Source: an uncultured Acidobacteriota bacterium
Lineage (GTDB): Bacteria > Acidobacteriota > Terriglobia > UBA7540
Length of the DNA: 64,000 nt
Assembly: GCA_963804995.1 (NCBI GenBank)
Contig: CAWDSK010000003.1
Span: 800,001 to 864,000, forward strand
Direction of reading: 5' to 3'
The notes beneath the pieces are model-generated. The model was not told the DNA's origin, did no database searches, and saw only the letters and a list, made by a program, of their open reading frames with translations. Made by a program: the position numbers and the translations under genes. Below, in pieces: positions 19,767 to 29,839 of this stretch. Within the stretch, counting starts at the first letter, position 1; each line of letters starts with the position of its first letter.

Positions 19767-20780
19767 TTAGTCGCCGGGCCGCTCACGGTACTTTTGTGCC
19801 AGGGCGCGAATTTCATAACTGAACTTGAGGAAGTTCTTCTCCCAGCGCCGGGCTGACGCCGGTGTGTACTTGTAGAAACCCTTCGCGTTTGCCACGCCAC
19901 GGGCGCCCGACTTCAACACTTCTTGCATCAGTTTGGGAACTTCCTTGTCACAACTGAGGTCCGGGAATAAGTCGCGCATCACGGCGGCATACGCCGGGAT
20001 GCCGGTCAAATCCATGTAACGGAAAAGACCGGCGAAGGTAATCCAATACCCATAGTCATTGCGGCAGGAACGGTCTATGTCGGCCGGAGTGGCGTATCCC
20101 CCTTCAACCAGGTGGAAGGCTTCACGCAGCATGGCATACATCAGCCGGTTGGTAATGAAGCCGCGTACGTCGCGCCGCACCAGGGTCGGCTCCTTTTTCC
20201 ACCGCTCGGCCAGCTTGACAACGCGCTCCGCACACTTGGGGCTGGTTTGATTTCCGCAGATGATCTCCATAAAACGCAAGATATGCGCGGGCTCGCCCCA
20301 ATGGATTCCCATGATGCGCTCCGGATGCATCGCACCACGCTGCAGTTCAGTTATGGGCAGGGCGGAAGTGTTGCTGCCGATCAAAGCGTCGGGAGGAACC
20401 GCAGTTTCTATCTTGCGGAGCACCTCATGCTTCACTTCCAGGTTCTCCAGCACGGACTCAACCACAATGCCGCAGTCGCCGAGGGCGGAGTAGTCTTCCG
20501 AGAGCTGGAAGTTCCTGGCCACCGCGCCGGGATCTGCGGACAACAGTTTTTCGCGCTTCATCTCCCGCAGAAAATTGAGGATCTGGCGGCGGGTGTTGCG
20601 CCGGCGTGACACGCTTCGGGTGATGCCCACCACGCGGTGCCCGGCCGCCAATAGACAGGCTATGATGCTGGTGCCCATCAGGCCGAGTCCAATCACCCCG
20701 GCGGGCGTCGATTTCGGGTCGGGCGCAGAACGGCTGGGTTTTGCGCCTGCTTTGGATTTGACTACGGAGTGTTTAGTCAT
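19767..20780 (-). CDS. 3-hydroxyacyl-CoA dehydrogenase family protein
   Basis: GLGLMG, ESV.ENL.VK, SNTSAL, HWGEP, GFITNRL.YA..REA, KGFY.Y. Confidence 0.85.
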   Translation of the reverse strand: MTKHSVVKSKAGAKPSRSAPDPKSTPAGVIGLGLMGTSIIACLLAAGHRVVGITRSVSRRRNTRRQILNFLREMKREKLLSADPGAVARNFQLSEDYSALGDCGIVVESVLENLEVKHEVLRKIETAVPPDALIGSNTSALPITELQRGAMHPERIMGIHWGEPAHILRFMEIICGNQTSPKCAERVVKLAERWKKEPTLVRRDVRGFITNRLMYAMLREAFHLVEGGYATPADIDRSCRNDYGYWITFAGLFRYMDLTGIPAYAAVMRDLFPDLSCDKEVPKLMQEVLKSGARGVANAKGFYKYTPASARRWEKNFLKFSYEIRALAQKYRERPGD

Positions 20781-20838
20781 CGGTTCAACCTCATTCTGTG
20801 TTGGGGGCGGGCGCATCGATAAGGCCGGCCGCTTATTC

Positions 20839-22188
20839 TCAGGAGATGTTGTTCTTCTTGCGAAGGTCGACTACGGCTTCCGAGAAACCTTCGATGTGGT
20901 TATCAGCCAGCGTAATCTGATCCGCCTCAGGCCCGATCCGAATGCCGATGCGCTGGCCGGGCCCCTGGGTTTCGCGGATTTCATTTTGTGTGATGGTGAG
21001 CGACTTCGTCTGTGCTTGAATATCGATTCCGATGCCGTGATCTTCCGTCAGCCCCAGAATCCGGTTCTTTTCGATAAGGTTGCGATTACCTTGGAACGCC
21101 GGCCCTTCCTCTTTCCGGAACAGGATGCCGACCTGGCCGCTGGCCCGGACGTCGTTGTCGCGAACCACGTTGTCCGTATCGTGATGCCCAATCGAGATAC
21201 CGTAAAGCTTGTTGCCTTCGATAAAGTTCTTCTCAGCCAGTCCCCACCTGACACCCCAACAGAAGAACAGCCCCTGTTCGTTGCCCACCATGCGGTTGCC
21301 GCGGATTATCGAACGCTGGGAGCCGGAGCCGGGATGGAGCCCCAGGCCGGTGTGATCGTGGCTGTGGCAATCCTCCACCTGCACGTCGTGGCAAATCTGC
21401 CAGCTAATACCGTCGCCGTTGTAGTTGCGCGCCGTGACCTTGCGCATCTTGATCCGGATGCAGTCCTGCAGCCAGATACAGCCGGCGTAATTGCCGTCCA
21501 GATTTTCGTTGTTGGCTTTGTTGCCGTCCAGCGCGATGTCCTCGAAGGTGAGGTCCGCAATGTTCTCTCCGCTGAACAGGGGGAACAGGCTTTCGACTTT
21601 AGGTTCACCTTCCAGAAACACGTTTTCCCGCAGGGCGCGGTCCAGCTTGAAACGGTTGCCATTGCGGGCCACCAGCGTGCGCTTAATGACTTTGAGCTCG
21701 CCTTTGTCCGGGTCCTTCACACGGATGCAAATCCCATCACCGATCTGGAAACCCTTGGGGTCCGCGAAGGTGATCTCCTGGTCGAACCAGTCGGAATCGT
21801 CCGCGAGTTTGGCCAGGAACGAGGGTTCCTTGATGATGACCGTATCGGTTCCGCTGCCCAGGATGCGCACGTTGTTTTGCATGTAAACCGCGTTGCGAAA
21901 GCGGTAAGTGCCCGGCAGGATCTTGACCGTTCCGCCTCCGAATCGCGCCACGGAATCGACAGCCGCCTGAATTACTTTTTCGTTTGAGCCCATCAGGTCG
22001 GCCTTCTGTTGGCCCACTGTTAGGGTGAGACGCTCGGCCCAGTTTGGCTCGATGGGGTCGCCTGACGTCGCTCGCGGGTCCTTGTCGGGAACCGGGTGCT
22101 CACTTACCTTTGCGGCAATCCCCCTCAGTGCGGCACTTCCGATCGCAACGCTGCCGAAGGTAGTGGTTACAAATTCACGGCGATTCAT
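20839..22188 (-). CDS. Tat-signal right-handed parallel beta-helix protein (pectin lyase fold)
   Basis: NRREFV leader, IQAAVD....GGGTV.I.PGTY, repeated GI..N/DG PbH1 units; paralogue of 58911-60424. Confidence 0.8.
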   Translation of the reverse strand: MNRREFVTTTFGSVAIGSAALRGIAAKVSEHPVPDKDPRATSGDPIEPNWAERLTLTVGQQKADLMGSNEKVIQAAVDSVARFGGGTVKILPGTYRFRNAVYMQNNVRILGSGTDTVIIKEPSFLAKLADDSDWFDQEITFADPKGFQIGDGICIRVKDPDKGELKVIKRTLVARNGNRFKLDRALRENVFLEGEPKVESLFPLFSGENIADLTFEDIALDGNKANNENLDGNYAGCIWLQDCIRIKMRKVTARNYNGDGISWQICHDVQVEDCHSHDHTGLGLHPGSGSQRSIIRGNRMVGNEQGLFFCWGVRWGLAEKNFIEGNKLYGISIGHHDTDNVVRDNDVRASGQVGILFRKEEGPAFQGNRNLIEKNRILGLTEDHGIGIDIQAQTKSLTITQNEIRETQGPGQRIGIRIGPEADQITLADNHIEGFSEAVVDLRKKNNIS

Positions 22189-22591
22189 GGTCCTGCCTCC
22201 TGGTTTGCATGTCAGTTTACCCGAAGTTTCCGGGTCAGCCCCTTACGGCCCCACAGCATACACCCATTGCGAGGTACCCAGTACAGACCTTGTCAAAAAT
22301 AACAGCGCAACCACTGCCTCGGGACAGGCAAACACGCTGGCTCGTTCGGTAGGGCGCAGAGGCACCCAGCACTGAAAATCCGACGAGACTTTGCATTCTG
22401 AAGCTGTCGGGTGTAGGGTAGCGGTCCACTGAAGTATGGAAGAGTAGATTCCGGGGAATAACCCTGCGCACACAATGCCGCCACACAGTGGTCGCGGCAT
22501 TCGAAGTGGAAGCGTCTGGGGCGGCACATGGCAATCTTCTGAAGGTCAGCGCCTCTCAATAAGCTGACGAATTACTACATCGGAGGTATTT

Positions 22592-24652
22592 ATGGATCGA
22601 AGGTGGTTGGGTACGGGACTTATTCTGATCCTGGTTTCGACTTTCGCGGCATCGGCTGAGCACAATCCCTTGTTGCCACGACCGCAGAAAGTTCAGTACG
22701 GGGCGGGAGAACTTGCTTTGCGGGGTCTGGCCATACGCCTGGCGCCCGAGGCGAGTGCCGAAGATCGCTTCACGGCCCAGGAACTTTCTACGTCACTTGC
22801 GAAGATGGCAGGAACTTCCATTCCAATCACGGACCGTGGCGCCTCCGGGATTGCCATCACCTTGCTGCGCACCGGTGCGCTCGATCCGCTGCCCATACCC
22901 GGAGAGAGCGCAGGCCCCGATTCCCGCGAATCGTTTTCCATTAAAGTGACGCCCACGGGCGCCGAGGTTGAGGGGCGGTCCTCCGCCGGCGTGTACTACG
23001 GCGCCCAGACCTTGCTCCAGCTCGTCGAGGGCACGGGCGCGGAAGCCAGGCTTCCGGAGGTCGAGATTCACGACTGGCCCTCGCTCCCCTATCGTGGAGT
23101 TATGATCGACACCAGCCACGGCCCGTTGCCCACCGAAGCGGAAGTGAAGCAGCACCTCGATTTCCTGGCGCGCTGGAAGAACAATCAATACTACCTGTAT
23201 TCGGAGGCGAGTGTCGCGCTGGAAGGATTTCCCATCCTGCGCCCCGAAGCGCAATTCAGCCCGGACGAGATTCGCCGCCTAGTTGCCTATGCGCGCGAGC
23301 GGCACATCGATGTAGTTCCTTGTATGGAACTGTATGGCCATCTCCACGATCTTTTCCGGGTGGAACGCTATGCGGACCTCGCGATTATCCCCCATGGCAG
23401 CGAGTTCAATCCGCGCAATCCGCAGGTAGCGGCGCTATTGAGCAAGTGGGTGGGGCAGCTCGCAGATCTGTTTCCGAGTCAGTTCTTCCACATCGGATTC
23501 GATGAGGTGGAGGAGGCCCCTCGGGTTGCAGTTTCTGAAAAGGTTACGGCAGCCACATTGTATATGGAGCAGTTTCGACTCGTGTCCGGACTGGTTCGGC
23601 AGCATGGCAAGACCCTGCTGGTCTGGAGCGACATGTTTGCCCGGTACCCCGATCTGATCCCCCAGCTCCCAGCCGGCACGATTGTGGTCCCGTGGGGGTA
23701 CGATCGCACGGTTTATGAACCGTACTGGAAGCCCTTCGAGAATAGTTCCCTCCCTCGAATAATCGCGACGGGCGTGAGTATCTGGGATCAGATAGCGCCC
23801 AACTTCGATCGTTCCTTCGATAACATTGACACCTTTCTCGCCGCGGGACGCCCCCACGGAGTGATCGGGCTGATGAATACTGTGTGGACGGACGACATCG
23901 CGGTCTTGATCAGACCTGCTTTCCCCGGCATGGCGTACGGAGCCATCGCCGCCTGGCAGACCGATCCGGTGGACCGCGCAACGTTCTTTCCTGAGTATGC
24001 GCGGATCATGTATGGGGCATCGGCAGGCGCAGAAGTAGCGCCCGGGCTCGCGGCGTTGAACCGCTCAGAAGTCGAACTGGCCCAGGCGGCGGGCGGAGGG
24101 CGTCCGGAATGGGAAGAAACCTCGCCCTCATTCTGGGATGACCCGCTCACTCCAGCTCATCTGGCGCGGGCCGCAGCGCAACGGGAACATTACCGGCAGA
24201 CCCGCCTGGAGGCCGAAGCTGCCGAAGAACATCTTTCCCACGCCCTGCGCCTGGGTGGAGATGCTTCCACTTTGTCAGACCTTCTCTTGGAAGCCCGACT
24301 GCTCGATTACCAGGGGATGAAGAATCTCTTCGCCGATCAAATCGCAGGTTACTGGCGGGAAATGGGCGCGCATCCGGACCCCGACAAACTTGAATTTTAT
24401 ATAGGGGAGTCCACCTCTCACGACCACAGCCTGATCGAAGACCTGATGGATTCCAGTGGCGATCTACAACAAGCGTACCGTGCGGCATGGCTGGATTCCT
24501 ATACTCCCTATCGCCTGGGCACGGTCATGGGCAAATGGAGTGGCGAATTCCAATACTGGTGGAAACTCCAAAGGCGCTTACGCGACCTCGATAATGGGTA
24601 CCATAAGGGCGACGCGCTACCGCCGCTCGAATCGTTGAGCCCTGGACATTGA
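22592..24652 (+). CDS. GH20-like beta-N-acetylhexosaminidase (paralogue of 17533-19587)
   Basis: Signal peptide, HNPLLPRPQ, DWPSL.YRG..D.SHGPLPT, HIGFDE; GGAGG RBS. Confidence 0.85.
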   Translation: MDRRWLGTGLILILVSTFAASAEHNPLLPRPQKVQYGAGELALRGLAIRLAPEASAEDRFTAQELSTSLAKMAGTSIPITDRGASGIAITLLRTGALDPLPIPGESAGPDSRESFSIKVTPTGAEVEGRSSAGVYYGAQTLLQLVEGTGAEARLPEVEIHDWPSLPYRGVMIDTSHGPLPTEAEVKQHLDFLARWKNNQYYLYSEASVALEGFPILRPEAQFSPDEIRRLVAYARERHIDVVPCMELYGHLHDLFRVERYADLAIIPHGSEFNPRNPQVAALLSKWVGQLADLFPSQFFHIGFDEVEEAPRVAVSEKVTAATLYMEQFRLVSGLVRQHGKTLLVWSDMFARYPDLIPQLPAGTIVVPWGYDRTVYEPYWKPFENSSLPRIIATGVSIWDQIAPNFDRSFDNIDTFLAAGRPHGVIGLMNTVWTDDIAVLIRPAFPGMAYGAIAAWQTDPVDRATFFPEYARIMYGASAGAEVAPGLAALNRSEVELAQAAGGGRPEWEETSPSFWDDPLTPAHLARAAAQREHYRQTRLEAEAAEEHLSHALRLGGDASTLSDLLLEARLLDYQGMKNLFADQIAGYWREMGAHPDPDKLEFYIGESTSHDHSLIEDLMDSSGDLQQAYRAAWLDSYTPYRLGTVMGKWSGEFQYWWKLQRRLRDLDNGYHKGDALPPLESLSPGH

Positions 24653-24823
24653 GATTGCGGCGGCGGGTGAGGAAATGCCACCCGCTGCTTCCACCGACAT
24701 CCAGGCTAGTTGCGCCCTGAGCCTAGCGCGCGCATTGAAGCGCAGCGCGACGGCAGGCCCGAAACTCTCTGTGTCCTCCGTGCCACTCAGGCTTTAACGC
24801 AGCGTGCGCGGGGGGACAGAGTC

Positions 24824-25948
24824 TCATACCCACCGCACAGGTTGCTCCACTGCAAATTGAAAAAGCTCCTCAAAGAGGAGCATTTGCACATCAAGGATTT
24901 GCTCCTGGGTAAGAGGCGGCACGGACGCATACGGTATGCCGGCTGAGGTCTCGTGGACGAAGGACACCGCGCCGCAAGTGTGGTGGAGCGCGCTCGCGAG
25001 ATTGAAACTAGGAGGAGGAAAGGCTACGCCATCCTCCTGGGCTTCGGGGCCAGCTTTACGGGTGGAGACCCCGGCATCCCGGTAGCGGGCATAGAGCCGA
25101 TCGGCAAAAGCCTTGATAGTCTCTTTAACCGTCCGCGGGACGTAGGCCGTAGGTTCGACGGTAGGTTCGACTTCGTGCGAGTGCAGTATGGCGACGAAAT
25201 CGGGGGCTTCCTCCCGAGTCAGGCGCAGGAAAGCACGAGTTTCCTCCGCCATCGGGTTAAACCACTCGTCATGCATTAAGTTGATCCCGTCATCGTTGAA
25301 ATAAGCGCCCAATTTTCCCACCGCAGCACCTCGCATGGGATGGATTTGCTTAACGAGTGGCCATACGTAGCTTGTTCCATCCGGCCGCGTACCCATCCCG
25401 ATACGTTCGTACGTGCTGTCGTCGGTTCCTATCCAGATATCTACAGGGCACCTGGCGCGGCCGTCCGGATTTCCCACGGGAACGATAAGCACGCGGCATC
25501 GGGCCAGGTTGGCCGCGAGGTGGGGCCAACCGCGCCCACGAAAATCCTGGCCCGTCTCGGCTACCGAGAGCAGATTATTCAACCCCACTATCCCTTCAAA
25601 CTCCCCGCCGTGTACGGGGCCCAGCAGGAACACCACAGGCTTTTGTTTGCCGTCCTTCCGGCGATACGAGGCCGGGTCGTTCCCCCCGCAGGCGGAGTTA
25701 TAGTTCGCCGTCGATTGGAGAGAGTCTTTATCACCATAGGTTATGAGGTGAAGATTTCGTCCCCCAGCTGATTTTGCTAATACCCGCACATGACCTTCCT
25801 TCACTTGGCTTACGGTAGAGTCGACATCGGCCAAGCGGCTTTTCCAAAAGGGTGGAAGGACATCAGATGCGTCAGCAAAACTCCCTGTTGAGAATAAGCT
25901 CGCCCCGGCGAGCCCTCCTACTGAGAAAAGAACCTCACGACGAGTCAT
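24824..25948 (-). CDS. Tat-signal M14 zinc carboxypeptidase-like hydrolase
   Basis: TRREVL leader, HGGE (HxxE), NPDG, NDDGINL, LHSH, C-terminal catalytic-type E (HET). Confidence 0.75.
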   Translation of the reverse strand: MTRREVLFSVGGLAGASLFSTGSFADASDVLPPFWKSRLADVDSTVSQVKEGHVRVLAKSAGGRNLHLITYGDKDSLQSTANYNSACGGNDPASYRRKDGKQKPVVFLLGPVHGGEFEGIVGLNNLLSVAETGQDFRGRGWPHLAANLARCRVLIVPVGNPDGRARCPVDIWIGTDDSTYERIGMGTRPDGTSYVWPLVKQIHPMRGAAVGKLGAYFNDDGINLMHDEWFNPMAEETRAFLRLTREEAPDFVAILHSHEVEPTVEPTAYVPRTVKETIKAFADRLYARYRDAGVSTRKAGPEAQEDGVAFPPPSFNLASALHHTCGAVSFVHETSAGIPYASVPPLTQEQILDVQMLLFEELFQFAVEQPVRWV

Positions 25949-26071
25949 AATGGTCCTCCAAGATTTTCCATGGGGAGCAGCGCACTTTAGGCAGGGAGCA
26001 TAGCAACTGCGAGCACCTCGGTCAAGAAGCCAAGTCCATACGTCGTAAGCCACAACGCAAATATCAACGCG

Positions 26072-26340
26072 ATGCTTCGGAAACGGCTTTCTGACGGAAC
26101 GTGGGTTTCCGGTGCGCCTATACCTACGGCTGAACAGTGCAGCAAGGGTCGCACGGAGATGCTCTCTACTTCGTTTCGCGATTTCGAACGCAAGGTCCGC
26201 GAACAATTCACGGAGATGTTTTCGATGTCGGGCTTTGACGCGCGGCGGGATATTGCCGGCATCATCCTCAATCGTTGGGGCCACCATTTCATTGCTCCCC
26301 AGCCGGGATTCATTTATGGCTGGGGGACGAACCCCGGCTA
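26072..26340 (+). pseudogene. C-terminal fragment of a spermidine-dehydrogenase-like flavoprotein
   Basis: EQ...GR..ML.T.F.DFER..R.Q...MF...GFD..RDIAGI..NRWGH motif; no N-terminal FAD-binding part. Confidence 0.6.
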
Positions 26341-27011
26341 TTCCTCCAACCTTTCAGGTGATATGGCAACGCGTGTAGCGGGGCGAATCCGCATGCGAAT
26401 AGTCATAGGAAAATAACGCATGAAAATGTGAAATTTGGTGGGACTACGGTCGCTACGCCCCTCGGAGAGCAACATGTGGGACATGTCCCTGGGGTTTCCC
26501 CATTTTGTATGCGAACTCCCCCCGCGCCAGGCCCCCGATTCCCGCAGGGTGACAGAGGAGCGGTTTGGCGACAATACGACCAAGTGACCAAGGCGATCAT
26601 GCAACTCCCCATTATCCGAGATGGGCGTTTTTCGTTCCAAATCCAACTAAGTCCCCCCGCAGCATGTCTTCCGAGTGCGCCATCGTTCGGCCTGACCTTC
26701 GGATTGCTCCTGCGGATTCGCTGATAAAACTAGACAACGTTTCGTGATGCGAAGCCAGCCATAAAGGTCTATACTCTCCGCCAGCGAAGGGAGACCTTCG
26801 ATTGGATCAACGAACTGACCAGGATGCTTATCCAGGTCTGGACGGTTCACACTCAACGCCCAGGCGAAACAGCGCCACCTCTCGCTCTAAAAACTTGATT
26901 ACAGGGAAACGAAGTGATCCCCATCACTCAGAACAGGAAACTGTCGCCCGTTTTCCCCGAACCCTTCGCTCATTATTAGATTGGCCCTTCCCAGGAAAGG
27001 AGGTAGTCATT

Positions 27012-27485
27012 ATGCATCGCTGGCTGACGGTTCTGTTTGTATTCACCCTGCTTGTTTTGAATGCGGCGATGGCTTTTTCTCAGCCCAAGCCCGCACCGGG
27101 AGGCCAGTATCTGACGGTGCAGGACGTTGAGAAGATCACTGGACTTCAGGGAGTTAAACTCGTCCCCGCGGACCCATCGAAAGGGGCAGGGGGCGACCTG
27201 AATTTTGCCAACAAGGATGGGAAGCTGATCCTGATGTCTAATAGAAGCCTTTCTTCCGATATGTTCTATTCACAAACCAAGAAAATGAACGGGGCGTTCA
27301 AGGAGGACATCCAAGGGGTGGGAGATGCCGCGTTTATCGGGCCGCCGGGCAATTACCCCTACTTTGTCGCCTTTAAGAAAGAAAAAGGCTCCGGTTCGGT
27401 GGCCACCTTTTTGGGTTTCACAGGGACCCTGCTTACCATCGATCAGGTCAAGAAAGTAGCTCAGAAGATTGCTTCTGGGATGTAG
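27012..27485 (+). CDS. exported hypothetical protein (DUF3558-like small domain)
   Basis: AGGAGG RBS, signal peptide, LT..DVE..TG ... GVGDAAF ... KVAQKIA pattern shared with 29840-30364. Confidence 0.7.
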   Translation: MHRWLTVLFVFTLLVLNAAMAFSQPKPAPGGQYLTVQDVEKITGLQGVKLVPADPSKGAGGDLNFANKDGKLILMSNRSLSSDMFYSQTKKMNGAFKEDIQGVGDAAFIGPPGNYPYFVAFKKEKGSGSVATFLGFTGTLLTIDQVKKVAQKIASGM

Positions 27486-27595
27486 TCACCCCCTTGGGGG
27501 GACTTATTCTAAGTTGAAATTCGGGTAAAGATCGGACCGCCCGTCCCTCGCAATTCCTCGCATTGCTCCGTCCGAAGGAAAGGGAGGGTACAGGT

Positions 27596-29473
27596 ATGCT
27601 CACTCGTTGCTTTCTCCAAAGGTTGGCCCCGCATTTGTTTGTCCTTATTCTGTTCAGCTTCTCAGCCTCCGCCCTGGCTGCCGACTCGCTCCAGGGCACC
27701 TGGCAACACGTGAAGGATTCTCCCAGTGGCTGGCACGTGCTGAAGGGCGGCTCGGCCACCCTGACCTTGAGCACCAACGGCCAGGCGTCCCTCTCCGCGA
27801 CGGTGCCCAACCAGAATCCCCTCAATCAGACGGGCACCTGGTCGCAGCAAGGTGGCCGGGTCACCATCAACATTGCCGGTGAAGTTGAGGTCAACAACCA
27901 GTCGTTCCAGCTCCAGGGCGATACGCTGACGCTGCCCACGCAGCTCTCCAGCGACGACCCGGGCACATCGACGTGGACGCGGGTGAAAGCAGGGGGCATC
28001 GACCTCATCTTCGTGGCGTTCAACGGCGGCCTGGAAAAAGGAGAGAGTGCCACCCAGGCGGCGGAGGAGGCAGCGACGGAGGCCCGTAAACAGGAAGCGG
28101 TCGAAGATGTCAAAGTCAATCCCGGCGGCACGGGGCTGGTGCTAACCCTCAAGCCTGAGGCCCCCGCGAAAACCGGGGCCCCGGCGGCAGGGAAAATGCG
28201 GGCTTCCATCTGGTTTGCCAACAAATCCGCTCCCCGCACCCCACCGGTGCAGCGCAAGCCAACGATGTCGCCACTCGCCGCTGACCCCCGCACGCATATC
28301 GATGCCCAGAATCCTCCCGGCGACCCGGACGCGCCGAAAACGAAGACTGCCCTGGTCGTGGCGCCTTTCCAATCCAAGGTGTACTACGCCTACGATCAGG
28401 CCATTTGGCATGAAGGAGGGGGCGGGACAGGGGGCGCGCCCATCGCCAAGACCACCACCTTCAAGGAACTTGGCGATGACCCTGCGGGGATCGCCAAGAA
28501 ACTGGAGAAAGCCGGTTACGACGTCAAGCTGTTGATCGATGGCCAGGCGACCCCCGGTGAAGTGTTCCGCGCCCTCCAGTCCCGGCCGGCGGTGATCTAC
28601 TTCGCTACCCACGGGGGCATAGGATCAACGCCTACGGTGGAGGACGTGAATGCCGTCCTTGTAGCCGGATTTCTTGGGGTGGACACCACGGGCAAGCAGA
28701 AGGGGTTCCTGACTCCCGCCCTCGCCAGCAGCCGCCTTGCGGAACTGCTGGCCAAGGATAACGTCCCGGAAGCCGCCCGATCAAAAGAGGCTGTTACCTG
28801 GGGCTGCATGCAGGAAGGCCAGAATATGTCTTATTGCTTCCCCCTGTTGTTGCCGAAATTTTTCGAACTGGCGCTGGGTGAGCATGGCGCGCCGGATTCT
28901 TTTGCCTTTATCGACGCCTGCTATTCCGGGACATATCCCATCCTGGCCAAAACCATCAACCCGAAAGTGTACATGGGATACACCGATACCATGGAGGGTT
29001 GGGCCAGCGCGCGCTTCGCCCAATACTTTTTTGGCAATCTTGAACATCGCGGCCACTCCGTGGGTGAGGCATGGGACCGGCTCCTGCATTTGACCGAGGG
29101 GGCCGGTGTTCTCTACCTGGAAGATTCCATCCTCAGCCCGGTCGCACAGGGCGGTGTGGACCTGAAGAAGGAAGGGGCTAATGTCCAGTTGTGGGGAATT
29201 GATCACATCCGATATCACCGCATCAACAACGAGGTGTTTTGGCTGATGGGCATGGCCCGCTGGTCAAGCCAGGATGTTAACAATGGAGCCGACACTCTGG
29301 GGCGCTGTTACGATCAGTACTGGAAGCTCAACAAGCGGCCGGGGCTGGCCGATCAGTTCTGCAATTCGGGCATCCTCGGCGACCACACACCTACCGAGGA
29401 GGAAGTGGCGTTGGCTCGGCATCTCGTTTCGGGCAAGCCGACAAAACCCCTAGGACGGTTTGTTCTGCGCTGA
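27596..29473 (+). CDS. exported protein with N-terminal beta-barrel (lipocalin-like) domain and putative clan-CD (caspase/gingipain fold) peptidase domain
   Basis: Signal peptide (ALA), L.GTW...GTW...GD.LTL barrel pattern, IYFATHGG and FAFIDACYSG His/Cys motifs; CDS is secure, function inferred. Confidence 0.6.
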   Translation: MLTRCFLQRLAPHLFVLILFSFSASALAADSLQGTWQHVKDSPSGWHVLKGGSATLTLSTNGQASLSATVPNQNPLNQTGTWSQQGGRVTINIAGEVEVNNQSFQLQGDTLTLPTQLSSDDPGTSTWTRVKAGGIDLIFVAFNGGLEKGESATQAAEEAATEARKQEAVEDVKVNPGGTGLVLTLKPEAPAKTGAPAAGKMRASIWFANKSAPRTPPVQRKPTMSPLAADPRTHIDAQNPPGDPDAPKTKTALVVAPFQSKVYYAYDQAIWHEGGGGTGGAPIAKTTTFKELGDDPAGIAKKLEKAGYDVKLLIDGQATPGEVFRALQSRPAVIYFATHGGIGSTPTVEDVNAVLVAGFLGVDTTGKQKGFLTPALASSRLAELLAKDNVPEAARSKEAVTWGCMQEGQNMSYCFPLLLPKFFELALGEHGAPDSFAFIDACYSGTYPILAKTINPKVYMGYTDTMEGWASARFAQYFFGNLEHRGHSVGEAWDRLLHLTEGAGVLYLEDSILSPVAQGGVDLKKEGANVQLWGIDHIRYHRINNEVFWLMGMARWSSQDVNNGADTLGRCYDQYWKLNKRPGLADQFCNSGILGDHTPTEEEVALARHLVSGKPTKPLGRFVLR

Positions 29474-29839
29474 GCGGCGCGGTGGCGCGCTGCCGGCCGG
29501 TGGTGGTCAGAAACTCGAACATCTACCAGTTGACGAGGTCTTCCACGCGCAACGCACGGTGAAAGAGTACGGGGGACCGTAGAGTATGTCCACTTGAATT
29601 GGGTACACTTGGCCTGTTGAAGCGGCCCGAGGAGTGGAAGGCCTTCAGCACTTCTGAGTATGCGGGCGTGGGCGTTGCCGAGCCGCAGAGCCGGTGCGGG
29701 CGGACAGTCGACTGAGTGCGTTTGCCCGCCGATGAGAACACGAGGATTTGAACGTTTGCGGCTCGTCCCCTATGGGCGACGAAAAGCCGTGGACCTGCCG
29801 GGCGCAGGTCCGCGATGGAAACAGCGAGGCAGAGAAGCG

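Noticed and set aside
26420..26470. KFGGTTVAT resembling the aspartokinase N-terminal KFGGTSV motif
   Set aside because: Only ~9 residues, with no downstream similarity; could be chance
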